From IMG/VR virus record IMGVR_UViG_2711768162_000009, positions 1-64,000 of that record: a stretch of 64,000 nucleotides of DNA. The stretch is one strand, 5' to 3'. This stretch comes from a virus (lineage: Duplodnaviria > Caudoviricetes). Shown piece after piece: positions 39,202-48,080 of the stretch (position 1 is its first letter; each line of letters begins with the position of its first letter). A model generated the notes under the pieces. The model saw only the letters and a list, made by a program, of their open reading frames with translations. It was not told the origin of the DNA and made no database searches. Position numbers and translations under genes: made by a program.

Positions 39202-39543
39202 ATGGGTCTGATCGCGAATTTTCAAAGCTGCGCCTTTGCCTCGGAGACATACGACGACCTTACCGTCGAGCAAATGGCGCGCCGGATGGGCATCAATGCA
39301 AAGGTGCTCCGGAAACAGATGGACAAGCGCCGCGAGGTCTCGCTGAAAGCCTGGGCCAAGCGTGACAACCCGCACGAGCAAACATCCAAAGCGTTTCACC
39401 GCTACGAAGAGGTCTTCTCTCATGAAGGCCGGCAGGTGTTCTACAACGACTGGCACGACGTCTACGCTGTGTTCGGTTTGTCCAATGGCATGAGAGACGT
39501 GAAAACGCTCGATGAGGCGATCAAGCTGGCTTACGAGGGTTGA
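39202..39543 (+). CDS. hypothetical protein (possible HTH)
   Basis: RBS GGAGG; LTVEQMARRMGINAKVL. Confidence 0.65.
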   Translation: MGLIANFQSCAFASETYDDLTVEQMARRMGINAKVLRKQMDKRREVSLKAWAKRDNPHEQTSKAFHRYEEVFSHEGRQVFYNDWHDVYAVFGLSNGMRDVKTLDEAIKLAYEG

Positions 39544-39613
39544 GATAGCGTCATCTGACAGACCGGGCTTCGGGCGCTATCCTGCAACAAACCAAGACGT
39601 GGGGGATCTCGGG

Positions 39614-40228
39614 ATGGCGACTGAAAGCACGGTGACACAGAACGAACGACCAGCTTACCTGCTACGCACTAAAGCTGAGTATTATCGCTACATCGGCCAA
39701 TACGAAGAGAATGCAGCGATCCAGGGCTACCACATCATGAGCGGCATCCTGTATGCCGCTTTCGCCTATGAAGCAATGCTGTTTCATTACGCCCAGCACT
39801 ACCGCCCTTCGATCAAGGACTCGATACAGCGCACCGACGTTCAGAAGATCATTCGGACCGAGGGCGGGCTCGATCCGCACTTCTTCACCAACAACGCTCA
39901 TTGCAAGATCATGGAGCAGTGCATCGAGGCACGAGATTCGATCGTTCACGGCAAGCCGGTGACCAGAACCGTCCCCATGCCTATCCCCGAGGGAGCTGAA
40001 GACGCCCAACGCTATCAGCACATGATGGATCGCCCTCTCGCCATCCAGGAGATGTGCACTCTGGAAGCGCTACAAGCCTACCTGATTGCGCTTTGCGAGG
40101 TAGAGAGAGAAATAGAGCACCAAGCCGTTGCCCCAGGAATGATCGGAAGGACCACTCTTGAAGGAGAGCGTTATCAGGTGAGCCTCTGGCCGCTATCCAT
40201 ATGCGGAATGCGCGTTACCCGCGGCTAA
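39614..40228 (+). CDS. HEPN-like domain protein
   Basis: Helix AAFAYEAML followed by R-x4-H motif (RDSIVH). Confidence 0.55.
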   Translation: MATESTVTQNERPAYLLRTKAEYYRYIGQYEENAAIQGYHIMSGILYAAFAYEAMLFHYAQHYRPSIKDSIQRTDVQKIIRTEGGLDPHFFTNNAHCKIMEQCIEARDSIVHGKPVTRTVPMPIPEGAEDAQRYQHMMDRPLAIQEMCTLEALQAYLIALCEVEREIEHQAVAPGMIGRTTLEGERYQVSLWPLSICGMRVTRG

Positions 40229-40314
40229 GCGTTGAGTATCTTCTACCGTTTTTCGCCTTGATCAGAAAATTCCCCGAGGCAAGAACCAAAAGCCGTCAAG
40301 AAAACCACACCAAC

Positions 40315-40569
40315 TCAGCCTTCGTCGTCGCCCAGGCGCTGAAACCACTCATCGCACGCCTCTGCCAGCTCGGGCTCAAAGCCACGGAACTCTTCCTCGG
40401 TCATCAGGTTGGCGATCGAATCTGGTCGCTCACCACGGCTGAAGATGGCTCTCGCGTCTTCCATCGTCAGGCCCACGGTTTCCCGATAGCCCTGACTCTT
40501 GCGGGTCACCGTCAGAGAGGGCCGCTGCCCTGGACCGCCTTTTACTTGAACAATCAACTGGTCTGACAT
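40315..40569 (-). CDS. hypothetical protein
   Basis: RBS GAGG; acidic 84 aa. Confidence 0.55.
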   Translation of the reverse strand: MSDQLIVQVKGGPGQRPSLTVTRKSQGYRETVGLTMEDARAIFSRGERPDSIANLMTEEEFRGFEPELAEACDEWFQRLGDDEG

Positions 40570-40720
40570 ACCAACCTCAACGCACATTAGGGGAACCACA
40601 CAAAATGATGGTCTCGCTTTGCTCAGGCAACTACTCTACAACAGGTCTTCTGCTCGAAGGCTAAGACGGCTTAGGTGGGTTCGCCTATAACATACGCTAT
40701 GAAGGCACGGAGATACCGTC

Positions 40721-41023
40721 ATGGAGCGATCGCTCAAGCAGTTTGTCGACCGTCAGCGCTCGGAGCACGATACCGAGACAGCGATATTCAACGTCGGCGA
40801 CGAGCATAGCCCAGCTTATGCCCTATTCCTCTACGCAAACCACCAACTCTACAAGGTCATTTCAGTCGGCCCTTCACTGAATGAGGCGAGTGAGATAGCC
40901 GATCGCCTAGCTGCAAGGCTCTCAAGTGATGGCCCTGAGAGGTTCACGGAATGGGTAAAGCGCAGCTTCCCAGATGAGTTCTGTGACCTGGATTACAGCC
41001 AAGCCTCACGCCTGCTTGCATAA
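40721..41023 (+). CDS. hypothetical protein
   Basis: RBS GGAG; upstream TATAAC. Confidence 0.6.
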   Translation: MERSLKQFVDRQRSEHDTETAIFNVGDEHSPAYALFLYANHQLYKVISVGPSLNEASEIADRLAARLSSDGPERFTEWVKRSFPDEFCDLDYSQASRLLA

Positions 41024-41068
41024 TCACCCGAAGCGCCCCGCTGGGCGTTTTCCCTTGGGCGCCTGAGA

Positions 41069-41215
41069 CCATGGCAACAGGGAAAGGCTCTATCTGCATA
41101 CCGCGACACGGAGCCATGGCGGTTCGGGAAAGGCTCTCTCTACATCTGGTTGTATGGGCACCATGGGAATAGGGAAAGGCTCTGCCTACATTTAGCCGCC
41201 TCTCCACCATGGCAG
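41069..41215 (+). repeat. 46-bp-period repeat CCATGG...GGGAAAGGCTCT
   Basis: GGGAAAGGCTCT at 41080, 41126, 41172; related copies at 38128, 38193, 38252. Confidence 0.8.
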
Positions 41216-41290
41216 CACGGGGCGCCGCGGCTGCGGGCCTCCCGCATTTGAGGGGCTGCCTTATTTGATCAGGGCGGTTTTTGCGGGCCT

Positions 41291-41342
41291 CCCTCACCCG
41301 TGGTTTCCCGCAAATGAGGTTCACCCTCACCCGTGGTTTCCC
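41291..41342 (+). repeat. 19-bp direct repeat CCCTCACCCGTGGTTTCCC
   Basis: Exact copies at 41291 and 41324. Confidence 0.9.
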
Positions 41343-41409
41343 TCAACTGCGGGATACCCTCATCGGCGTGCCTCATGATCGGCAGAGGTCGTCAACACTT
41401 GCCTGCCTA

Positions 41410-41427
41410 TCAGTCATCGCTGACTGA
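41410..41427. promoter_or_regulatory. palindromic operator (representative of ~34 copies)
   Basis: TCAGTCA-tcgc-TGACTGA; full list in findings. Confidence 0.8.
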
Positions 41428-41732
41428 TTTTATTTTCCTATGATGCATCGGGACGCTTGACGCCTGCTCGCAGCGTGTTCTATTCGCGTGCGCGCCCCTT
41501 AAAAATAAGTCATCGCTTACTGATATAGGGCCTTTATCAGGGTCTCGGAGACGATAGAAACGTTTGTCTGTTCATGCGTGACTAGTCACGTTAATATGAA
41601 CTCATCGAATGACGCAGCGGACAACGCAACATTCGATACGCTCTTTAAAAACCAAACTAGCATCAACTAAAACTAGCGTATATCGCACTCACATAAAGCG
41701 ATAACGCATTACTCTGAAAAAAGGAAAACATC

Positions 41733-42368
41733 ATGAAAGACCTGATCAAAATCGCCAAAACTGTCGCCGCCAACGCCAACCCGCGTCGCGAGCGCATCTT
41801 TGAAGACGCAGAACAGCAAAAAGCCCGTCTTGACGCACTCAAGACCGAAAGCAAAAACGAAAAGATTCAAGAGGCCAAAATCGCCATCAAAAACGCCGCT
41901 CAACAGCGACTCGAAAATTTCGAGCACAAGCGTCAGCAAGAGGAAATTGACGACCGCGACTTGAGCGTAGAAGTCACCCACGCAAAATACAATGCAAGTT
42001 TGCTTGAACTGGACACACAGACTATGCGCTATGTCCTCAAGCGTGAGATTAACCTTGCGGACGCAGTGAACAAGAGCCGCGAGTATAAAAAGCGCCTTCG
42101 TCACTTCCTGACCGCCTGCGCTCACAAAGACGCAAGCAAACTCGACAAAGCGCTTGCCCTTCTGCAAACGCACATGAAGTCAACCCAGTGCGCTTCTCTG
42201 AGCGTTCCGGAGATTCAGGGCATCATGCAACACGCAACACCGACGCAAGCTAGCTACTTCAAGAATTTTGCGCACGCTATCGGAGTTGTCACCGCGCAGC
42301 GTTCAAACAGCGCACCAATGGAAGTCAACAAAGACAATGAAGTCTACCAAGACTTTGTTTCTCTCTAA
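41733..42368 (+). CDS. hypothetical early protein (atypical composition)
   Basis: RBS AAGGA; lower GC; only 2 Gly in 211 aa. Confidence 0.8.
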   Translation: MKDLIKIAKTVAANANPRRERIFEDAEQQKARLDALKTESKNEKIQEAKIAIKNAAQQRLENFEHKRQQEEIDDRDLSVEVTHAKYNASLLELDTQTMRYVLKREINLADAVNKSREYKKRLRHFLTACAHKDASKLDKALALLQTHMKSTQCASLSVPEIQGIMQHATPTQASYFKNFAHAIGVVTAQRSNSAPMEVNKDNEVYQDFVSL

Positions 42369-42392
42369 AATAATAAGTCACGGATTACTTAT

Positions 42393-42417
42393 AGCGCACT
42401 CTTCGGAGTGCGCTTTT
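42393..42417 (+). terminator. rho-independent terminator
   Basis: AGCGCACTC-TTCG-GAGTGCGCT-TTT. Confidence 0.8.
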
Positions 42418-42437
42418 ACTTTAAAGGAATACCGCAA

Positions 42438-42734
42438 ATGACAACTTGCGTTATCAAAGACAACGTTTGGACACTCGCCAATAACGTCGCATTTGTTGAA
42501 GTCTCACATAACAACGTCGCCACTGTCGGATACTTGATGCAAGAGAACGACAAGCGTGAAGCGTCACGCGAAAGAATCGCCACACGAGCCGCGTTTACCG
42601 ATCGCGTCGGAGCGCTGCGCTATGCCGTCGCCTTCCTTGCGCAGTGTGCATTGCTCGCCCGCGACTTCCACGCCCTCGAGGACTACATTCACGCGCAAGC
42701 GTCGATGGACTCCAGCGACAACAGAACAGCATAG
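42438..42734 (+). CDS. hypothetical protein
   Basis: RBS AAGGA. Confidence 0.7.
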   Translation: MTTCVIKDNVWTLANNVAFVEVSHNNVATVGYLMQENDKREASRERIATRAAFTDRVGALRYAVAFLAQCALLARDFHALEDYIHAQASMDSSDNRTA

Positions 42735-43159
42735 CGTCATCGCTCCAGAACAGCGCTACAAGCGACGCAAGCGTCTTGTGAGTGTCATCACAGCACTCTA
42801 GCCCTTGCGTCGCTCCTGCGAGCAAATAGAGCGATTCTCAGACGACCAGGGGTAGCAGGAGCCAGTGAGAGGATCGCGCACATGAGAGCCGACCTCAGAT
42901 GCGAAAGCCCTAGAAAATGCCGAGATAGCGCTGGGTATAGCCGCCTATTCGCCTCCACTCCCGGCTCCGTCCCTTATACCACCGGCTCCTACCGACCTTC
43001 GCCCGCCTTATACCACCGCCGCATTACCCGCTCTGATTCAGGTGACGCCTCAGCGCCCTTTGCCCTTATACAACCACAGTTCGCCCGCTGCTTGCCTGTC
43101 GGCAAGCACCTCGCTACCATATGTAAGTCATCGCTTACTTCCATACGAGGAACCCGCAC

Positions 43160-43435
43160 ATGGGCCTGCTCACCAAACGCGACGAATCCAGCCAAGCCAT
43201 GGCCTCTCGCGCACTGATCAACGCCGAGAATGCTCTGACCGACCTGATCAACGCTCAGACCGCAACGGCTGACGCCATTGCTGACGTCGAGGCGCAGGTC
43301 TCTGACCTGCTCCGCCGCAAGACCGAGCTGCTGAACCGTCGCCGCGACCTGGACTTCACCGTCAACACCATGACCAAGGCACTGTTCGCGACCGAAAAAG
43401 AGCGCGCCGAGGCCGAGGAAGAGACCCATGCGTGA
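43160..43435 (+). CDS. coiled-coil hypothetical protein
   Basis: RBS GAGGA after an operator. Confidence 0.7.
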   Translation: MGLLTKRDESSQAMASRALINAENALTDLINAQTATADAIADVEAQVSDLLRRKTELLNRRRDLDFTVNTMTKALFATEKERAEAEEETHA

Positions 43436-43757
43436 GATCGCCAAAGGCGACTCAGCCCGCACCTTCGTTCAGAACCACCCCGAAGGTGCTGTGCTGCTCC
43501 TAACGGCCCGTTGGTGCGGTTCTCCGTGCGATTCACTGGTTCCCGTGCTGGCACTGATCGAAGCCGAGAATCCCTCTGTCAGCGTCGCTGTGGCTGATCT
43601 GGAGACTGCTCGAGACCTGGCCGCTGAACTCGACGTGACAGGCATCCCCGCTGTGCTGGGCTTCGCGAATGGGAAGTGCGTCGCCAAGTCCACCTCCTGG
43701 CGCGACAAGGCATCAATTGAGCAAGGTCTGGAAGAGGTATTGCGCCGTGAAGCGTAG
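43428..43757 (+). CDS. thioredoxin-like protein (WCGSPC)
   Basis: A.WCGSPC, V.GIP, F.NG thioredoxin pattern. Confidence 0.8.
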   Translation: MREIAKGDSARTFVQNHPEGAVLLLTARWCGSPCDSLVPVLALIEAENPSVSVAVADLETARDLAAELDVTGIPAVLGFANGKCVAKSTSWRDKASIEQGLEEVLRREA

Positions 43758-43995
43758 CGTTGTGAATCTGCTGGTGGGTCTTACGTTTATTGCCGTTGGC
43801 GTCCTCTGCTTCCTCGCCGTAGCCGCTGTTGCAGTTTGGGGTCAGTTCTTGTTCTTGACCAACACCTACGGCCTCGAGGTGATCTCCTGGGCGTGGTTGA
43901 TCCTCGGTATCCCCGGAATCATGCTGGCTGCTTTCGTTTGCTTGTGGTGCGGGAAAGTGTGCGTTGCACTCGGCGCGCTAGTGCTAAACCGATAA
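43747..43995 (+). CDS. small membrane protein
   Basis: GTG start with RBS GAGG; two TM helices. Confidence 0.6.
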   Translation: MKRSVVNLLVGLTFIAVGVLCFLAVAAVAVWGQFLFLTNTYGLEVISWAWLILGIPGIMLAAFVCLWCGKVCVALGALVLNR

Positions 43996-44011
43996 ACACA
44001 ACAGCAAACGA

Positions 44012-44034
44012 GAAAAGGGCGCCAAGGCGCCCTG
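44012..44034. terminator. terminator between convergent units
   Basis: AAAAGGGCGCC-AA-GGCGCCCT. Confidence 0.7.
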
Positions 44035-44058
44035 TGTTCATTTTCAGCCCTGCTGCAA

Positions 44059-44358
44059 TCAGTTGTTATCTTGTTTGAGCTTTGAAAGGAGTTTCTTTAC
44101 GTCTGCCGGTTTCATGGGTTTGGCTGAACTCTCGGCACCCTCTCCCTTCCCTGCCTGCTTTCTTTTCTCCGCTTTCTTCTCTTCCACTTTCCACTCCACC
44201 AATTCTTTAATAGCATCATCTGGGAGAGTTTCAATAAGTGCGCACAGAACGTCGCTGTTGGTGAGATTCAGACCAGATGCCACCCGTCGTAATCTTTGAT
44301 GATTCTTCTTTTTGAATGTGGCATTAACAGACTTTTTATCTGGATCGCTTTTATCCAC
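44059..44358 (-). CDS. ribbon-helix-helix DNA-binding protein (candidate repressor)
   Basis: KKSVNATF-KKNHQRLRRVA-SGLNLTNSDVLCALIE fits the RHH pattern; RBS AGGGG; AT-rich. Confidence 0.6.
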   Translation of the reverse strand: MDKSDPDKKSVNATFKKKNHQRLRRVASGLNLTNSDVLCALIETLPDDAIKELVEWKVEEKKAEKRKQAGKGEGAESSAKPMKPADVKKLLSKLKQDNN

Positions 44359-44368
44359 TGAGTTTCCC

Positions 44369-45967
44369 CTAAGCTGCACTCAGACCGAGTGCTTTGAAAT
44401 CGAAATCGTTAGGGCCGTAGGTAATATTCTCGCCAAATCCAGGTGTGTTTTGGACTATCGCCAAGCGTTCCATGGAATGACGCTTGAGGTGATTATTGGC
44501 GGAATCAATGAAATCAACAATAAGAGCAACGTTTGGAACTCCCTTCTTCGCTCGGAGCCCGCGTCCTATTCTTTGGCGCAATGCTACTTCTGCTTTGCCA
44601 CCCCCTGCTAAGATGACGCAACCTACAGCCGGGACGTCCACACCGACGTCCATAATCGTTGAGCCGATCAGCACTTGAATTTTACCGTCACGCAAATCAT
44701 TCAGCGCCGATTGCCTCGCTTCGCGGTTAGATTCTCCAAAGACAAATTTTGCCTTGATTCCACATAAATTTAAACGCTTCTCAAGTAACTTCCCATGACT
44801 TTTCTGTAAAACTAGTATCATCACCGGCAAACGGAGCCCGGCTGCTCTGACCGCCTCTTGGACGATCAGATTGTTTCTCGGCTGATTGTAGATCACACCC
44901 AGCTTATAAGCACGCTGCCATTGGGTCGAACGGCCTAGACGGGTGCTGGTAATCGCCTTTTCCTTCATCAACTCGATGCCATCCCGGTCAGGCTGGTAGC
45001 CTACGGTGTGGTATCGGAAATAAGGCTTGGCGAGAACCCCTCTTTCGATCAGCATTTTTTCCGTGACACGTATCAGAACAGGCCCCGTGCAGGACAGCAG
45101 CCGCATATTGGACTCCTGGTCATCCCGCATGAACGGAGTAGCCGTTAGGGCCATCCGGTAGCGAGCGTTCTTGCACGCATCCATGATGGCGTAGTAGCTG
45201 TCTCCGCCGACCTCGTGAGCTTCCTCAAGCACAACGAACTCCACCATCGCCAGGTATTTGAGGGTCTGCTCCCGCATCTTGGCCTGCTTGAGCTGATCCG
45301 CCTTCGACTTGCTGCGATCCGGCTCGCGAAGCCTGGCAGCCAGGGTCTGCACCATGCCCACCGTGACACAGCCACGAGGACTCCAGACGCCATCACCGAT
45401 GACGCCAACCTCCCTACCCTTCCAGAAGCGGTCGCCGTTCGCGAGTTGAAAGGCCATCGAACGCTCAAACGCGGTCTTCATCTGATACATCAAGATGCCG
45501 CGAGTCGTGATGAAAAGCGTGGGGCGCCGGATTCTACTAACAGCGATGTTACAAATTCGTGACTTCCCGCCACCAGTGCTGACCTGACAGATCCCCTGTC
45601 CTTCCTTGATTAGCACATCGACCGCCTTCGGCTGGTAGCTGTAAGCGTCCGTATAGCCGAACTCGTCGATGATTGGTCGCTCAGGCCCTCTGGGAGCAGG
45701 AAGCGGCTTCTGAACGATCTGCGGGTGGTAGCCGCGCTTCTTCAGCTCGTCCGCTACGGGCTTGGTAAACCCCGCCGGGAATCGGGCCGGCCCCCAGTCG
45801 AAGAAAGTGCTGGTGCCGTCCCAGTCGCCATTGCGACACGCTTTCGAGTAGTCGGCCCCGGCCACCTGGTAAGAGAGCAGTGATTGCAGGATGCCCTTCA
45901 CCTCCGCGTCGGCATCCACCAACTGCGCGATCCGAGCGTTCCTAGCGATACGGATAACTGAGCCCAT
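44369..45967 (-). CDS. superfamily II (DEAH-like) helicase
   Basis: STGGGKS, LEEAH, LTATP, DVGVDVP, QRIGRGLR. Confidence 0.92.
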   Translation of the reverse strand: MGSVIRIARNARIAQLVDADAEVKGILQSLLSYQVAGADYSKACRNGDWDGTSTFFDWGPARFPAGFTKPVADELKKRGYHPQIVQKPLPAPRGPERPIIDEFGYTDAYSYQPKAVDVLIKEGQGICQVSTGGGKSRICNIAVSRIRRPTLFITTRGILMYQMKTAFERSMAFQLANGDRFWKGREVGVIGDGVWSPRGCVTVGMVQTLAARLREPDRSKSKADQLKQAKMREQTLKYLAMVEFVVLEEAHEVGGDSYYAIMDACKNARYRMALTATPFMRDDQESNMRLLSCTGPVLIRVTEKMLIERGVLAKPYFRYHTVGYQPDRDGIELMKEKAITSTRLGRSTQWQRAYKLGVIYNQPRNNLIVQEAVRAAGLRLPVMILVLQKSHGKLLEKRLNLCGIKAKFVFGESNREARQSALNDLRDGKIQVLIGSTIMDVGVDVPAVGCVILAGGGKAEVALRQRIGRGLRAKKGVPNVALIVDFIDSANNHLKRHSMERLAIVQNTPGFGENITYGPNDFDFKALGLSAA

Positions 45968-46002
45968 AGGTTGTTCCTCTGAGGCTTTTGCCTTATATTT
46001 CG

Positions 46003-46055
46003 TAAGTAATCGCTTACTTACTTGTTTGCGCAAAAACTGACGTGACGTGTCACGT
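46003..46055. promoter_or_regulatory. divergent promoter region with 18-bp operator and CGTGAC-N2-GTCACG palindrome
   Basis: TAAGTAA-tcgc-TTACTTA (46003) and ACGTGACGTGTCACGT (46040). Confidence 0.7.
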
Positions 46056-46077
46056 AATCCTAACGAGATATTAGCAC

Positions 46078-46746
46078 ATGAGCGAGATAGTTCATATCGA
46101 CCCACGACGTCTGAAGCAGAATTCGTGGAACACCAACAAGGTCAGCGCCGAGAACGAAGAAAAGCTCCGTGCTGGTATCCGCCGCCATGGGCTGATCGGA
46201 ACGATCGTCGCCCGCGAACTTGATGATGGCTCGCTCGAGATCATCGGCGGTGCTCACCGGGCTCAGATCGCCGCTGAAGAAGGCATTGAGGCAGTCGCGG
46301 TCCACAACGTCGGCTACATCAGCGACGAGCGGGCCAAGGAACTCATGCTGCTGGACAACGGCCGCTACGGACAGGATGACGCCTTCGAGCTGGCCGCCCT
46401 GCTCGATGAGCTTGCTTCGCAAAGCGACGTGGAACTCGCCTCCTTCATGCCCTTCTCCAGCGAGGACATGGACAAGTTGATGACCACCTCCGACATCGAC
46501 CTCGATGCACTGGACGACGAACTCAACGAGGACGACCTGTCCGACTTGGAAATCTCCAAGGAGAAGCGCGAGGCGCCCGTGCAAACGCACCAGGTTCTTC
46601 GGTTCAAGGTTCCCATGGATGACGTCGAGCGCGTCCAGCGCGTGATCCGGCAGATCATGGATGAGCAAGGGTTCGACGCGGATGACTCAATGACCAATGC
46701 GGGCGATGCCCTGGTCTACCTGGCAGGAGAATACACCGATGACTGA
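46078..46746 (+). CDS. ParB/Srx N-terminal domain protein
   Basis: L..N.WN.N, I..HG....IV.R, IIGGAHR. Confidence 0.85.
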   Translation: MSEIVHIDPRRLKQNSWNTNKVSAENEEKLRAGIRRHGLIGTIVARELDDGSLEIIGGAHRAQIAAEEGIEAVAVHNVGYISDERAKELMLLDNGRYGQDDAFELAALLDELASQSDVELASFMPFSSEDMDKLMTTSDIDLDALDDELNEDDLSDLEISKEKREAPVQTHQVLRFKVPMDDVERVQRVIRQIMDEQGFDADDSMTNAGDALVYLAGEYTDD

Positions 46747-47422
46747 TGCCCAAGAGGTCGTGTATCTCGACCCGCAGAAACTGGTGCCCTACACCAAGAA
46801 CGTCAAGAAGCACCCGCAGAGCCACATCGACACGCTCAAGGCGTTGATCCAGAAATACGGCTTCTCCAAGGGCAACGCCATCCAGGTCGATAAGAACCTG
46901 GTGATCATCGCCGGTCACGGTCGGCGCGAGGCATCCTGTCAGCTTGGGCTCAAGGAAGTGCCTGTCGTTATTCGCCACGACCTGACAGACGATGAGGTCA
47001 AGCGCTGGCGGATCGAAGAGAACAAGTCTGTTGGCCTCGATTATGACGTCGTGATGATGCGCGAAGAGCTGGCCGAGCTGATGGACGTGGACAGCGACCC
47101 GCTGATCGGCTTTGACGCCAAGGAATGGGACGTCCTCACCGAAGACCTGACAGAAGACCTCAATACCGAACAAGTGCTGACCGATCTGGGCGAAGAGATG
47201 GAGCGTTCCCAGCAGCAGCACGACGCCGCCGTCGAGAAGGCCAAGACAGCGCAGATTCCGGTTGGGGAATTGCTGGGCTTTAAGCATGTGCCGGCCGATC
47301 AGCAGCGCAAGTTCGCCGGCTTCATGGCCGAAGTCGAGTTCCGCACCAAGAAGGCCGGACTCGATGCCTTCATGGAATTCATCGACCGCTGCGACATTGA
47401 TCTCGCTTGCCCAACGGAGTAA
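46739..47422 (+). CDS. ParB/Srx N-terminal domain protein
   Basis: L.PY.KN.K.H, IQKYGF, IIAGHGRR.A. Confidence 0.87.
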   Translation: MTDAQEVVYLDPQKLVPYTKNVKKHPQSHIDTLKALIQKYGFSKGNAIQVDKNLVIIAGHGRREASCQLGLKEVPVVIRHDLTDDEVKRWRIEENKSVGLDYDVVMMREELAELMDVDSDPLIGFDAKEWDVLTEDLTEDLNTEQVLTDLGEEMERSQQQHDAAVEKAKTAQIPVGELLGFKHVPADQQRKFAGFMAEVEFRTKKAGLDAFMEFIDRCDIDLACPTE

Positions 47423-47429
47423 GTCACCA

Positions 47430-48080
47430 ATGACTGATTCAACAACCATCACCGTCGACAAGCGATTCAGCTCGAGAGTCATGCAGACCGAGCGAGTGCT
47501 TGAGGTCGCTGAGGCGTTCGGCCTGGGCCTCGAAGAGCGCGACTTCGTGATCTACGACCACCTGCCGATCGAGGTTCACCAGGGCGACGTGATCTACATC
47601 ACGGGCCAGTCCGGCTCCGGCAAGTCTCTAGTGCTCCGCGAGATCGCCAAGCAACTGGGCGATGCAGGCAGGAAGGTTGCGAACATCGACGCCATCGAGC
47701 TTGAAGACCGTCCGCTGATCGACCAGATCGGCAAGGACACCAACGACGCAGTGCGTCTCCTGTCACTTGCTGGCCTGAATGACGCCTACCTGCTCGTCCG
47801 CAATCCCGGCCAGCTCTCGGATGGTCAGAAGTATCGCTTCCGCTTGGCGAAGGTCATCGAGTCGGGGGCCGACGTATGGGTCGCCGACGAGTTCTGCGCG
47901 GTGCTCGATCGTGCCACTGCCAAGGTGGTGTCGTTCAACGTCCAGCGCGCCGCCCGCAAGGTGGGCGCAACCGTCGTGGTCGCCACCACTCACACCGACC
48001 TGACGGCTGATCTGAAGCCGAGCCTGGTGGTCGAGAAGTATTACAAGGAAAAGGTCAGTCTGGAGCGCCCCGATGAGTGA
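47430..48080 (+). CDS. soluble ABC-type ATPase
   Basis: GQSGSGKS, LSDGQKYR, ADEF, TTH; no TM partner gene. Confidence 0.9.
   Translation: MTDSTTITVDKRFSSRVMQTERVLEVAEAFGLGLEERDFVIYDHLPIEVHQGDVIYITGQSGSGKSLVLREIAKQLGDAGRKVANIDAIELEDRPLIDQIGKDTNDAVRLLSLAGLNDAYLLVRNPGQLSDGQKYRFRLAKVIESGADVWVADEFCAVLDRATAKVVSFNVQRAARKVGATVVVATTHTDLTADLKPSLVVEKYYKEKVSLERPDE

Noticed and set aside
44351-44359. DnaA box-like TTATCCACT
   Set aside because: Single imperfect copy overlapping a start codon; no cluster.
46078-48080. Plasmid partition system or ABC transporter
   Set aside because: No ParA, no ParB HTH evident and no permease; the context is pre-terminase.
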